This document shows, one piece after another, positions 16,461-25,229 of a stretch of 32,000 nucleotides of DNA (positions are counted from its first letter, which is position 1; each line of letters begins with the position of its first letter). Origin of the DNA: Flavobacteriaceae bacterium (GTDB lineage Bacteria; Bacteroidota; Bacteroidia; Flavobacteriales; Flavobacteriaceae); NCBI GenBank assembly GCA_965224465.1, contig OZ245049.1, forward strand, positions 2,100,001-2,132,000, in the 5' to 3' direction. The notes under the pieces are model-generated. The model did no database searches and was not told where the DNA came from. It saw nothing but the letters and a program-made list of their open reading frames with translations. A program made the translations under genes and the position numbers.

Positions 16461-17789
16461 ATGAAAAAAAAGCACGTTTATAGCACTGTAATTATACTAT
16501 TACTTATCTATAGTATTTATTGGATACGTTACGAACGTGTTTTTTCTTCATTAAAATCAGTCCCTAAAGAAAGTACTGCTATATTTCAAATAAATCTTCG
16601 AAATATAGAACATGCTTTCCTTATAGATTTTCTAAAAAACCCAGTACGTTACCTAAAGAAAAACGATTCATTAAAACCTAAAAAGAAACGATCTTCTTCT
16701 TTAATTAGCTTGTTAGATTTTCCTAGAAATTTAGTTTTCTACACTACAGATAGTATTCAACCTTCCATTTTTTACAGTGAATCCCTACAGATAAAGGACA
16801 CACTAGACTTTCAAAACTATCTGAAAAATAACGGTTATAAAAAAATTAAAAACCAATTCAATTCAGCATTAATTTACTCGAAAAATCACCATTCTTTTAT
16901 TCTTAGAAAGGCTATGGTTAACATTGGATTACACCGAAGTAAATTATTTCCTCAGAAAAAAATAGCAACCATTCTATTAAACAATGCAAAAAACAGTTCT
17001 TTAAAAACATTTTTTAGCTATGATAACACATCTGATTTTCAGTTTTGGAGTCAAAATACAGGTGTTTTTTACGGAGCATTTTCTAATGGATACCTCAATT
17101 TCAGAAGCAGCTCTTATACGGTAGTCCCTTCTAAAACAAAAAACAATAAAAAAGAAATTGCTTATATCCACGGGAACCTAAAGAACCTTCCGTTTTTTGA
17201 AGGTGAATCCGCTAAATACAAAAAAACGTTTAAAAAACTCACGAATAGCTCCTTAGATTCTATCCATAAATACTGGACAGGAAATATAGAACTAAACGTA
17301 TATGCTCTTAAAACTATTACAGATACAATCATAAGTTATACGTATGATGATAACTTCAATCAAATAGAAATAAAGAAACTCCAACAGCATCTCTCTCCCA
17401 ACTTAAGTTTAAATTTTGGGACGGGTAATTCCCCTAAATTATGGTCTTACTTTAAGAAGAACAACACACTTAAACAGGTGAATAACGATTTATTATTTAC
17501 GTTAATCCCTCTTCTCCCCTTAAAGGCATCCTATTTAAACAACGATTATTTCTTTTATACAGACACTTTAATTACACCCAAAACATCTAGAATAAACACC
17601 AAGGGACTTCAATTTTTTATAGATATAGCCCAAATAAGAGAAAATACACAATGGAAACTATTTAAAAACAAACAGCTTCAACAAATAAGTTCCATCGAAG
17701 GAAACCTAGATCAAAACAAGCAACTAAATATCCGTTTTAATTGTAACGATTCCCATAGGAATGGACTGATTCAACTCTTGAAAAACTAA
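16461..17789 (+). CDS. N-terminally membrane-anchored protein, function unknown
   Basis: 442-aa ORF, 11 nt after the previous gene. It has a single N-terminal hydrophobic segment (VYSTVIILLLIYSIYWI) and an Asn/Lys/Ser-rich body with no motifs I recognise. Its stop overlaps the convergent rlmN stop by 4 nt. Confidence 0.7.
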   Translation: MKKKHVYSTVIILLLIYSIYWIRYERVFSSLKSVPKESTAIFQINLRNIEHAFLIDFLKNPVRYLKKNDSLKPKKKRSSSLISLLDFPRNLVFYTTDSIQPSIFYSESLQIKDTLDFQNYLKNNGYKKIKNQFNSALIYSKNHHSFILRKAMVNIGLHRSKLFPQKKIATILLNNAKNSSLKTFFSYDNTSDFQFWSQNTGVFYGAFSNGYLNFRSSSYTVVPSKTKNNKKEIAYIHGNLKNLPFFEGESAKYKKTFKKLTNSSLDSIHKYWTGNIELNVYALKTITDTIISYTYDDNFNQIEIKKLQQHLSPNLSLNFGTGNSPKLWSYFKKNNTLKQVNNDLLFTLIPLLPLKASYLNNDYFFYTDTLITPKTSRINTKGLQFFIDIAQIRENTQWKLFKNKQLQQISSIEGNLDQNKQLNIRFNCNDSHRNGLIQLLKN

Positions 17790-18823
17790 CTTTTATTTGC
17801 CAATTGCCCACAAGCAGCATCAATATCCTTCCCTCTACTTCTACGAACATTCACCACAATATCATGCATTTCTAAGTTAGAAATATAGTTATTAATAGTC
17901 TGAGGGCTTGCCTGTTGAAAAGGCCCATCATCTATTGGATTGTATTCAATTAAATTCACTTTACAAGGTATCACTTTACAAAAAGCAATCAATGCTCTAA
18001 TACTCTCCATATCATCATTAATACCTTCCCAAACTACATATTCGTAAGTGACATGGCGTTGGGTTTTTTCGTACCAATAAATCAATGCTTCTTTGATAGA
18101 AGCTAAATTATACTTTTTATTAAAAGGCATTATTTTGGTTCTAATTTCATCGATAGCAGAATGTAACGACAATGCCAAATTGAATTTAACACCATCATCT
18201 GCCAATTGTTTGATGCGGTGCGGAACTCCAGATGTAGAAACTGTAATTCTCCTTGGCGCCATACCCAAACCTTCTGGACTGGTGATCATTTCGATGGATT
18301 TTAGCACATTATCATAATTCATTAATGGCTCACCCATCCCCATAAAAACAATATTAGACAGCTTGTGATTGTAATACAATAAGCTCTCTTGATTGATGGC
18401 AGAAACTTGATCATAAATTTCATCAGGATTCAAATCACGCATGCGTTTTAAACGCGCCGTGGCACAGAAACTACAATTAAAACTACAGCCCACTTGACTA
18501 GATACACACGCAGTAGTTCTTGAATCTGTTGGAATCAAAACAGATTCAACAATTAGACCATCATGTAGGCGAATGGCATTTTTTACAGTCCCATCTTTAC
18601 TCCGCTGCATTTGATCTACTTGAATATGGTTGATCACAAAATTAGCTTCCAACATTGCACGGGTATCTTTGGATATATTGGTCATATCCAAAAAACTATG
18701 TGCCGTTTTATGCCAGAGCCATTCATACACTTGATTCCCTCTAAATGCCTTATCTCCATTGGCTACGAAAAAATCGCGTAGCTCCTCTTTACTCAATGCA
18801 CGTATGTCTTTTTTATCAGCCAT
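17786..18823 (-). CDS. rlmN: 23S rRNA/tRNA adenine-C2 methyltransferase RlmN (radical SAM)
   Basis: The radical-SAM motif is GCSFNCSFCAT (CxxxCxxC). The conserved C-terminal GKDIDAACGQL is present. The track start 18850 is TTG. I prefer ATG 18823 (MADKKDIRALSKEELRDFF). Confidence 0.9.
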   Translation of the reverse strand: MADKKDIRALSKEELRDFFVANGDKAFRGNQVYEWLWHKTAHSFLDMTNISKDTRAMLEANFVINHIQVDQMQRSKDGTVKNAIRLHDGLIVESVLIPTDSRTTACVSSQVGCSFNCSFCATARLKRMRDLNPDEIYDQVSAINQESLLYYNHKLSNIVFMGMGEPLMNYDNVLKSIEMITSPEGLGMAPRRITVSTSGVPHRIKQLADDGVKFNLALSLHSAIDEIRTKIMPFNKKYNLASIKEALIYWYEKTQRHVTYEYVVWEGINDDMESIRALIAFCKVIPCKVNLIEYNPIDDGPFQQASPQTINNYISNLEMHDIVVNVRRSRGKDIDAACGQLANKS

Positions 18824-18896
18824 CTTATTTAAAATTAAAAAAACTGTCAAGGATTCTTACATCTATGACAGCTTGATATTGTATTATAAAATCTAA

Positions 18897-19946
18897 TTAT
18901 ATAATCAACATGGCATCACCATATGCGTTGAAATTATATTTCTCTTTGATACCTACTTGGTACGCCTCCATTAAGAAATCGAAACCGGCAAATGCGGCCA
19001 CGCTCATCATTAATGTAGATTGAGGTACATGAAAATTAGTAATCATACAGTTGGCAATTTTAAAATCATATGGAGGGAAGATAAATTTATTTGTCCATCC
19101 ATTATATGCATTTAATTTACCACTAGAAGATACTGAACTTTCGATGGTACGATTTACAGTAGTTCCTACAGCACAAATACGTCTTTTATTTGCTTTTGCA
19201 GCATTTACCATGGCAGCTGCATCTTCTTCGATATTAATTTTTTCAGAGTCCATTTTGTGTTTAGACAAATCTTCTACCTCAACAGCATTAAAAGTTCCCA
19301 ATCCGACATGCAATGTTACTTCCGCAAAATCCACACCTTTTATTTCCAAACGTTTTAACAAATGCTTAGAAAAATGCAGACCAGCTGTAGGTGCAGCAAC
19401 CGCGCCTTCATGCTTTGCATAAATAGTTTGGTAACGCTCTTGATCTACGGCTTCTACTTTACGTTGGATAAACTTAGGTAAAGGTGTCTCTCCGAGTTCA
19501 AATAATTTTTTACGGAATTCTTCGTAACTACCATCATACAAGAAACGCAATGTACGTCCACGAGAAGTTGTATTATCAATAACCTCAGCTACCAAACTCT
19601 CGTCGTCACCGAAAAACAATTTATTACCAATTCTAATCTTACGTGCTGGATCTACTAATACATCCCACAATCTACTTTCGGCATTTAATTCTCTCAATAA
19701 AAACACTTCTATACAAGCTCCCGTCTTTTCTTTCTCTCCGTACAAACGTGCTGGAAACACTTTTGTATTGTTCATCACCATTAAATCACCTTGGTCAAAA
19801 TAATTGATCATATCCTTGAACATCTTGTGCTCAATTGTTTGTTCTTTACGGTTTAACACCATCAATCTAGACTCATCTCTATGTTCCGCTGGATATTCTG
19901 CTAACAAATCGTCTGGTAAATCAAATTTAAAATGTGATAATTTCAT
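18897..19946 (-). CDS. queA: S-adenosylmethionine:tRNA ribosyltransferase-isomerase
   Basis: 349 aa. The N-terminus [31 protein letters not shown], together with [10 protein letters not shown] and AVGTT, are characteristic QueA blocks. Confidence 0.93.
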   Translation of the reverse strand: MKLSHFKFDLPDDLLAEYPAEHRDESRLMVLNRKEQTIEHKMFKDMINYFDQGDLMVMNNTKVFPARLYGEKEKTGACIEVFLLRELNAESRLWDVLVDPARKIRIGNKLFFGDDESLVAEVIDNTTSRGRTLRFLYDGSYEEFRKKLFELGETPLPKFIQRKVEAVDQERYQTIYAKHEGAVAAPTAGLHFSKHLLKRLEIKGVDFAEVTLHVGLGTFNAVEVEDLSKHKMDSEKINIEEDAAAMVNAAKANKRRICAVGTTVNRTIESSVSSSGKLNAYNGWTNKFIFPPYDFKIANCMITNFHVPQSTLMMSVAAFAGFDFLMEAYQVGIKEKYNFNAYGDAMLII

Positions 19947-19967
19947 TCAAATGTTTTTAAAATGTGG

Positions 19968-19975
19968 GCAAATAT
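19968..19975 (-). promoter_or_regulatory. Candidate -7 box (TATATTTG) for queA
   Basis: Plus-strand caaatata is TATATTTG on the minus strand, 22 nt upstream of the queA ATG (19946). Confidence 0.4.
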
Positions 19976-20027
19976 ACAACATCGACATAGGGGTTGTCAA
20001 GTATTTTGCCATAAAAGTTTGATTTTC

Positions 20028-21236
20028 TTAAGAATTAGCACTTACTTTTGAAAAATCTTCCCAAAAAGAGGGGTACGATTTAGAGACTACATCCGCCTCA
20101 TTTATAAGGATATCCACCTTGGTAGCCAAGGGAGCAAATGCCATTGCCATGCGATGATCTTGATATGTATCTATCAAAATATTTTTTAAAATAATTGATG
20201 TTTTCTCCAAGTGTAAACTATCATTCGTAATATGCACGACTCCTCCTAATTTTTCAATTTCGGTTTTTAGCGCTACCAACCTGTCTGTTTCTTTAATTTT
20301 TAAGGTATGTAATCCTGTCAATTCACAAGGCACTCCCATTCCAAAACAGGTCACTACAATGGTTTGTGCAATATCTGGCGCATTTTTTAAGTCTAATTTC
20401 AATACAAAATCAGTATCAATGGGTGTTTGTTTTAAATTGATTTGATCTTTAGAAAAAGTAGTTTGAACTCCTAATTTCTTATAAATAGCAACCAATACAG
20501 CATCCCCTTGTAAACTAGATTTCTTATACGAAGACAAGGTAATATCAGCCCCATTTGCTAGAGCTGCATAACTAAAATAATAAGATGCAGAACTCCAATC
20601 CGATTCTACAGTAACTATCTTTTCGGAGATAGTATCGGTAGGACTTACGGTAATAAGGTCTTCCTTCCAATTATTTTCAATACCTATTTCACTTAACAAA
20701 CTCAAGGTCATTTTTATATAAGGCACCGAAGTTACTTCCCCTATAAAACGCAATTGCAATCCGTTTTGTAAACGCCCTCCAATAAGCAACAATGCAGAAA
20801 TGTATTGACTACTCACATTCCCATCTATTTCTAGAACGCTCTTATTCAATTCTTTCCCTTTAATCCTCAAGGGAGGAAAGCCTTCTTTTTCAACATATGC
20901 TATATCTGCACCTAAACTCCTTAAGGCTTCTACAAGAATTTTTATAGGTCTATCTTTCATACGCCCCGAACCGGTTAGGATTACTTCACGCCCTTTAAGA
21001 GTCGCAAAATAAGCGGTTAAAAACCGCATGGCAGTTCCTGCATGTCCAATATTGACAATTTCTTCTGTAGACACCAATGCTTTTTCCAGCAATTTTGTGT
21101 CATCAGAATTAGATACATTTCTAATCATCAGGTTTGGATAGAGCTGTTGTAAAATCAACAAGCGATTCGACTCACTTTTAGAACCTGTAATTTGGATTGA
21201 TGCCTCAATGGCATGTGAAAATGATGTTAGTAGCAT
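20028..21236 (-). CDS. aroA: 3-phosphoshikimate 1-carboxyvinyltransferase (EPSP synthase)
   Basis: 402 aa. ITGSKSESNRLLILQQL (the LPGSKSxSNR-type motif), GHAGTAMRFLTAY and YQDHRMAMAFAPLA are typical of AroA. Confidence 0.9.
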   Translation of the reverse strand: MLLTSFSHAIEASIQITGSKSESNRLLILQQLYPNLMIRNVSNSDDTKLLEKALVSTEEIVNIGHAGTAMRFLTAYFATLKGREVILTGSGRMKDRPIKILVEALRSLGADIAYVEKEGFPPLRIKGKELNKSVLEIDGNVSSQYISALLLIGGRLQNGLQLRFIGEVTSVPYIKMTLSLLSEIGIENNWKEDLITVSPTDTISEKIVTVESDWSSASYYFSYAALANGADITLSSYKKSSLQGDAVLVAIYKKLGVQTTFSKDQINLKQTPIDTDFVLKLDLKNAPDIAQTIVVTCFGMGVPCELTGLHTLKIKETDRLVALKTEIEKLGGVVHITNDSLHLEKTSIILKNILIDTYQDHRMAMAFAPLATKVDILINEADVVSKSYPSFWEDFSKVSANS

Positions 21237-21261
21237 ATTACCAGTATTAAGTAAAGTAATC

Positions 21262-21498
21262 TTATTTTTTAATAAATTTATAGTAACCAGTCATAAACAC
21301 ACCATACACAGCGGACATGACCACTTGCATTTTCACAAATTGCATCCAATGATCCGCAGAGAAAAATTCGATCATCATAGCTTCATAACCATCGGATACC
21401 AAGGCAAAAATCACTTTTATAATGGTAACTACGATTAAAAACACAAGAAAAAACCTAAAGAATAAGGTAAGAAATGATTGCTTAGAAATATCTGACAT
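21262..21498 (-). CDS. Small membrane protein (two predicted hydrophobic helices), function unknown
   Basis: 78-aa ORF with an ATG start. It is packed between the MazG-like gene (2-nt gap) and aroA (25-nt gap) on the same strand. Hydrophobic segments are FLTLFFRFFLVFLIVVTIIKVIFALV and VVMSAVYGVFMTGYY. Confidence 0.55.
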   Translation of the reverse strand: MSDISKQSFLTLFFRFFLVFLIVVTIIKVIFALVSDGYEAMMIEFFSADHWMQFVKMQVVMSAVYGVFMTGYYKFIKK

Positions 21499-21500
21499 AC

Positions 21501-21827
21501 TTATTTTAATTTTTTATTATTATGATGGCGATCGTGATCCCGTTTGGTTTTAATATCTAATTTTTTATCAAAAGCTTCTTGTAAATCTATCCCTGTTTGA
21601 TTTGCCAAACAGATCACTACAAATAACACATCTGCTAACTCTTCGCCTAAATCTTTATTCTTATCACTCTCTTTTTCACTTTGCTCTCCATAGCGTCTTG
21701 CAATAATACGCGCCACTTCTCCAACCTCTTCGGTCAACTGAGCCATATTTGTCAATTCGTTGAAATATCGAACTCCATGTTCTTTAATCCAAGTATCTAC
21801 TACACGCTGAGAATTTTTAATATCCAT
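21501..21827 (-). CDS. MazG-like nucleotide pyrophosphohydrolase domain protein
   Basis: The EExxE/ExxD-type helices QLTEEVGEVARI and LGEELADVLFVVICLAN are typical of small MazG/YpjD-like proteins. The track start 21845 is TTG. I prefer ATG 21827 (MDIKNSQ...). Confidence 0.8.
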   Translation of the reverse strand: MDIKNSQRVVDTWIKEHGVRYFNELTNMAQLTEEVGEVARIIARRYGEQSEKESDKNKDLGEELADVLFVVICLANQTGIDLQEAFDKKLDIKTKRDHDRHHNNKKLK

Positions 21828-21841
21828 GGTTATTATTTTAT

Positions 21842-22471
21842 TCAAAGGTAGTTCAAAAAGTCAATTCTAGCTATTTCTCGAGCACCTAAACTTGCCAAAT
21901 GATCATTATAAACTTGACAATCAACTAATTTATAATTTTCTTTTTTTAATTTCTCTACTAAATAAATAAAAGCAACTTTAGAAGCATTGCTAACACTGCT
22001 AAACATACTTTCTCCACAAAAAACATGTCCTAAATCAATGCCATAAAGCCCTCCTACCAATAGGTCTCCTTCCCAAACTTCGACAGATTTAGCCACTCCT
22101 TTTTGATGTAAAGTTAAATAAGCATCTTCCATATCGTCTGTAATCCATGTTCCTCCTTGCCCTGGTCTATATGTGGATTTACAAGAATAAATAACCTGAT
22201 CAAAAGCCGTATTAAATGTAACTCTAAAACGCTGATCTCGTAGCACTTTACGCATACTCTTAGAAACTCTAAGTTCTTCTGGAAACAAAACCATCCTATC
22301 TTTTGGACTGTACCAAATAATAGGTTCTCCTTGGTTAAACCAAGGGAAAATACCACTTTTATACGCCAGTTCTAACCGCGCTGTAGACAAATCGCCTCCG
22401 ACAGCTAATACGCCATCTTCCGAAGCAAAATGTACGGGCGGAAATTCTATTTTTTTTGTAAGGATGTGCAT
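21842..22471 (-). CDS. aat: Leucyl/phenylalanyl-tRNA--protein transferase
   Basis: GGDLSTARLELAYKSGIFPWF and GESMFS are characteristic Aat motifs. The track start 22495 is TTG. I prefer ATG 22471 (MHILTKKIEFPP...). Confidence 0.85.
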   Translation of the reverse strand: MHILTKKIEFPPVHFASEDGVLAVGGDLSTARLELAYKSGIFPWFNQGEPIIWYSPKDRMVLFPEELRVSKSMRKVLRDQRFRVTFNTAFDQVIYSCKSTYRPGQGGTWITDDMEDAYLTLHQKGVAKSVEVWEGDLLVGGLYGIDLGHVFCGESMFSSVSNASKVAFIYLVEKLKKENYKLVDCQVYNDHLASLGAREIARIDFLNYL

Positions 22472-22501
22472 TTTAATTGATGATTGATGAGACAAATAAT
22501 C

Positions 22502-23557
22502 CTATAGAGAGTTTGGTATTTCTAATTCAAACCGCACCCAAACAGCTTTATGATCTGTTGGCCAAACACCTAAGGGAGCTATAAAAACATCTTTTGTTTC
22601 TAACAATACTCTTTTATTATAAGCAACATCACCTTTAGGCCCAACAATTTTAGCTTCTTTTAGTTTCAAAAGATTGTTTGGAAGATAAAAAACAAAATCA
22701 ATGCGATCTCTATCATCGGCTTTGGGACTCCATGCTAACTTTGTTAAGGGTACACGTGGATTGTCCGCAGGATATGTAAACCCAGGATGTGTCAAAGGAT
22801 TTGGATAGCATTTCCTATAGGCATCTACAAAGCCATTTTTATCAAGATTCACAGTATTATTCCATGGCATAATTACGCCATTATGATCGTATAAATATTT
22901 GTTCTTTTCAATCCAATCCAAGTGGGAAGCTTCATTATTATCACCCCCATAAATAACAATACGCCCTTTGTTTTGCTCCATCAACGCATCTTTTATAAAT
23001 GCATTGATAGCATCGTCTCTTTTGGATGCTAGATTCACCTTTTCTATTTCATTCAAATCCGTTACAGGAGCTTCCAATTGTTTCCAAGTAGACCCATCGT
23101 ATCCCCTAGGTAAATAAATGGCACAGTTTAGATAATCCAAATGTCCACTATAAAAAGCAATTTCAATTCCATGAACATCTATAATTGCCTTTGTTATAGA
23201 ACCATGATCATTTTTTAAAGGGAACACATTTTCTTGCTTTAAAATAGGATACCTGGACAAAATCCCAGAGTCCTCACTTTTTTGCGAATAATAAGTAAAC
23301 CCCTTTTCTTTTAACGCAGCTACCAATCGTTTGGATAAATCGTTTCCATTATAATTACGAACTTCGCTCAACGCGATCAAATCTGACTCTGTATGTATAA
23401 TTTCATCTACAATTGCATCAAATCCATTTTCAACTACAGTACCTTCTTGCCAAATATTAAATTGCAATACCGTTAAGGGAATCTTTTTTTTAGGGGATTC
23501 ACAACTCATAAAAAAGACACAACACAGACTGATTGTAAAAAATTTGAAAAACTTCAT
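22502..23557 (-). CDS. Endonuclease/exonuclease/phosphatase (EEP) family lipoprotein
   Basis: 351 aa. The lipoprotein signal is MKFFKFFTISLCCVFFMS|C. EEP-type blocks are VLQFNIWQEG, LIALSEV, GDNN and SDH-like WPTDHKAV near the C-terminus. Confidence 0.8.
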   Translation of the reverse strand: MKFFKFFTISLCCVFFMSCESPKKKIPLTVLQFNIWQEGTVVENGFDAIVDEIIHTESDLIALSEVRNYNGNDLSKRLVAALKEKGFTYYSQKSEDSGILSRYPILKQENVFPLKNDHGSITKAIIDVHGIEIAFYSGHLDYLNCAIYLPRGYDGSTWKQLEAPVTDLNEIEKVNLASKRDDAINAFIKDALMEQNKGRIVIYGGDNNEASHLDWIEKNKYLYDHNGVIMPWNNTVNLDKNGFVDAYRKCYPNPLTHPGFTYPADNPRVPLTKLAWSPKADDRDRIDFVFYLPNNLLKLKEAKIVGPKGDVAYNKRVLLETKDVFIAPLGVWPTDHKAVWVRFELEIPNSL

Positions 23558-23580
23558 AATTAATAGGCTTTAAACGATTA

Positions 23581-23588
23581 CAAATCTA
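23581..23588 (-). promoter_or_regulatory. Candidate -7 box (TAGATTTG) for the EEP-aat-MazG-aroA gene string
   Basis: Plus-strand caaatcta is TAGATTTG on the minus strand, 24 nt upstream of ATG 23557. Confidence 0.35.
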
Positions 23589-23803
23589 TTCATCTAAATA
23601 CAATTTAAGGCTATTGATCGTCAAAATTCTATCAAAAACCACTCAAATAAGCGCATTTACAGGGGAATCTGATCGGATTGAGCCCTATTTTGGAAGAATT
23701 TCAGCATAAAAATCAACATATCACCTCAACTAAAAATGCTATCAACCAATACTATCAATTATTTCCAAATAACCAATTAAAGTCAATTGGAAACTAACAG
23801 GCA

Positions 23804-23834
23804 TAAAAAAAGCTGCATAAAGCAGCTTTTTTTA
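23804..23834 (-). terminator. Rho-independent terminator-like hairpin downstream of the DUF3127 gene (symmetric A-run/stem/T-run)
   Basis: The sequence is aaaaaaa-AGCTGC-ataaa-GCAGCT-ttttttt. The stem arms are at 23811..23816 and 23822..23827. It lies 15 nt past the stop at 23849. The stem has only 6 bp, but it can be extended by A:U pairs. Confidence 0.6.
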
Positions 23835-23848
23835 ATTTTTTCATCAAC

Positions 23849-24220
23849 CTAGAAAGGTAAATCATCTGGTTCGTTATCGCTAACTTTATCCGTAGACTCA
23901 AAACTTTCTAATGGAGGTACGCTTGTTTCAGCCGGAGCTGCAGCGCCAGCAGCTTCAATTCTCCATCCTTGGATAGAGTTGAAATATTTTGCTTCTCCTT
24001 CCGGGTTTATCCATTCTCTACCTCTTAAGTTGATCGAAATTTTCACATCTTGACCTACTTGATACGTATTTAATGCATCACATTTGTCTTGTACAAATTC
24101 GATTGCCAACATTTGAGGATATTGTTCATCAGTGGTCAACACCAATTCTCTCTTTCTAAATCCACTTGCTCCAAAAGTTTGCGTTTCGCTGATTTTCTTA
24201 ATCTTCCCGGTTACTTCCAT
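23849..24220 (-). CDS. DUF3127 protein (predicted OB-fold-like) with acidic C-terminal DDLPF tail
   Basis: 123 aa. The N-terminus MEVTGKIKKISETQTFGASGFRKRELVLTTDEQYPQMLAIEFVQDK matches my recollection of DUF3127. The C-terminal third is low-complexity Ala/Pro/Glu/Ser ending in ...NEPDDLPF. Confidence 0.85.
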   Translation of the reverse strand: MEVTGKIKKISETQTFGASGFRKRELVLTTDEQYPQMLAIEFVQDKCDALNTYQVGQDVKISINLRGREWINPEGEAKYFNSIQGWRIEAAGAAAPAETSVPPLESFESTDKVSDNEPDDLPF

Positions 24221-24233
24221 CTTTCTTCTTAAA

Positions 24234-25094
24234 TTAGTTCATCAAAAGCACTTTCCAAGCACTTTCTATATCGTTAGTTTCTAAATATTCTTTTGCAAAT
24301 GTATGCTTTTTTATGATTTCTGAATTTATAAAATCGCAATGTTCTTTTGCAAACTTATTAACATCTGCTTTTAAAGGCAGTTTTTCTATGTTTCCAAGCT
24401 TTCCTAAATCGTTTCCAGACAAGACCGAGCTATTTCTAATAGCCCACGGAATATTATCAACTCCTATCCCTAATGTAGTTAAAGGTTTTGGTATTTCAAA
24501 AAAACCACTCTTAACTCGCGAGTAAAAGCTCCCCCCTGCCCTGGCTACTAAATCTATTTTATGATGATTGATACTTAAATCGTCGTTCAAAACAGCTTTA
24601 GAAACATGGAATTTCACCACTTCGCATATAATAAGGTTTCCAGCTCCACCTTGATCGCCTAATGCGACAATCTCATTAATCTTACATTCGAACTGAACTG
24701 GAGATTCTGCGACTCTAAATGGTTTTACATTTTCAGACTTCAGCATTGTAAAACCTGCTTTTTCAAATTCGTTCACTCCTTCAGGGTATTCTGAACTAGA
24801 CAAGGACATTTGCTGTACAATATCATAATTGACCACATTTATAACCACCTCTTTCGTAGCCAAAGCGTTCTCTAAGGTATGCTTGGTTGTATTATCTCGA
24901 ACCCTGCGTGCAGGCGAAAAAACGAGAATCGGCGGATTGGCGCTGAATACATTAAAAAAGCTAAATGGAGACAAATTTGGCCGCCCTTCTTTATCTACAG
25001 TACTCGCAAAAGCAATAGGCCTCGAAGCAATGGCACTTAATAAATAGCCATGTAACTGAGCCGTCGGTATATTTTTAGGATCTATTGTTATCAT
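24234..25094 (-). CDS. Flavin reductase-like (FMN-binding split-barrel) family protein
   Basis: MITIDPKNIPTAQLHGYLLSAIASRPIAFASTVDKEGRPNLSPFSFFNVFSANPP is a typical flavin-reductase-domain N-terminus. The track start 25112 is TTG and overlaps the candidate -7 box. I prefer ATG 25094. Confidence 0.85.
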   Translation of the reverse strand: MITIDPKNIPTAQLHGYLLSAIASRPIAFASTVDKEGRPNLSPFSFFNVFSANPPILVFSPARRVRDNTTKHTLENALATKEVVINVVNYDIVQQMSLSSSEYPEGVNEFEKAGFTMLKSENVKPFRVAESPVQFECKINEIVALGDQGGAGNLIICEVVKFHVSKAVLNDDLSINHHKIDLVARAGGSFYSRVKSGFFEIPKPLTTLGIGVDNIPWAIRNSSVLSGNDLGKLGNIEKLPLKADVNKFAKEHCDFINSEIIKKHTFAKEYLETNDIESAWKVLLMN

Positions 25095-25109
25095 CGTTCG
25101 TAATTTAAA

Positions 25110-25117
25110 CAAATATA
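25110..25117 (-). promoter_or_regulatory. Candidate -7 box (TATATTTG) for the flavin reductase-DUF3127 pair
   Basis: Plus-strand caaatata is TATATTTG on the minus strand, 16 nt upstream of ATG 25094. Confidence 0.4.
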
Positions 25118-25229
25118 ATTAATCGCTTAGAAACAACAAAACTAAAAATACATTGCTATTTTTACTACAAGAAGTAATATCTATAAATTTATTAAGTTAT
25201 ATTAAGATATTTTTTTATATTCGTTGCTC

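Noticed and set aside
18837-18871. Hairpin ctgtca-N16-tgacag followed by a T7 run on the minus strand downstream of queA, considered as a terminator
   Set aside because: It has only a 6-bp stem with a 16-nt loop. It would also leave about 13 nt for an rlmN promoter. At best it is a weak attenuator, which is not enough for a feature call.
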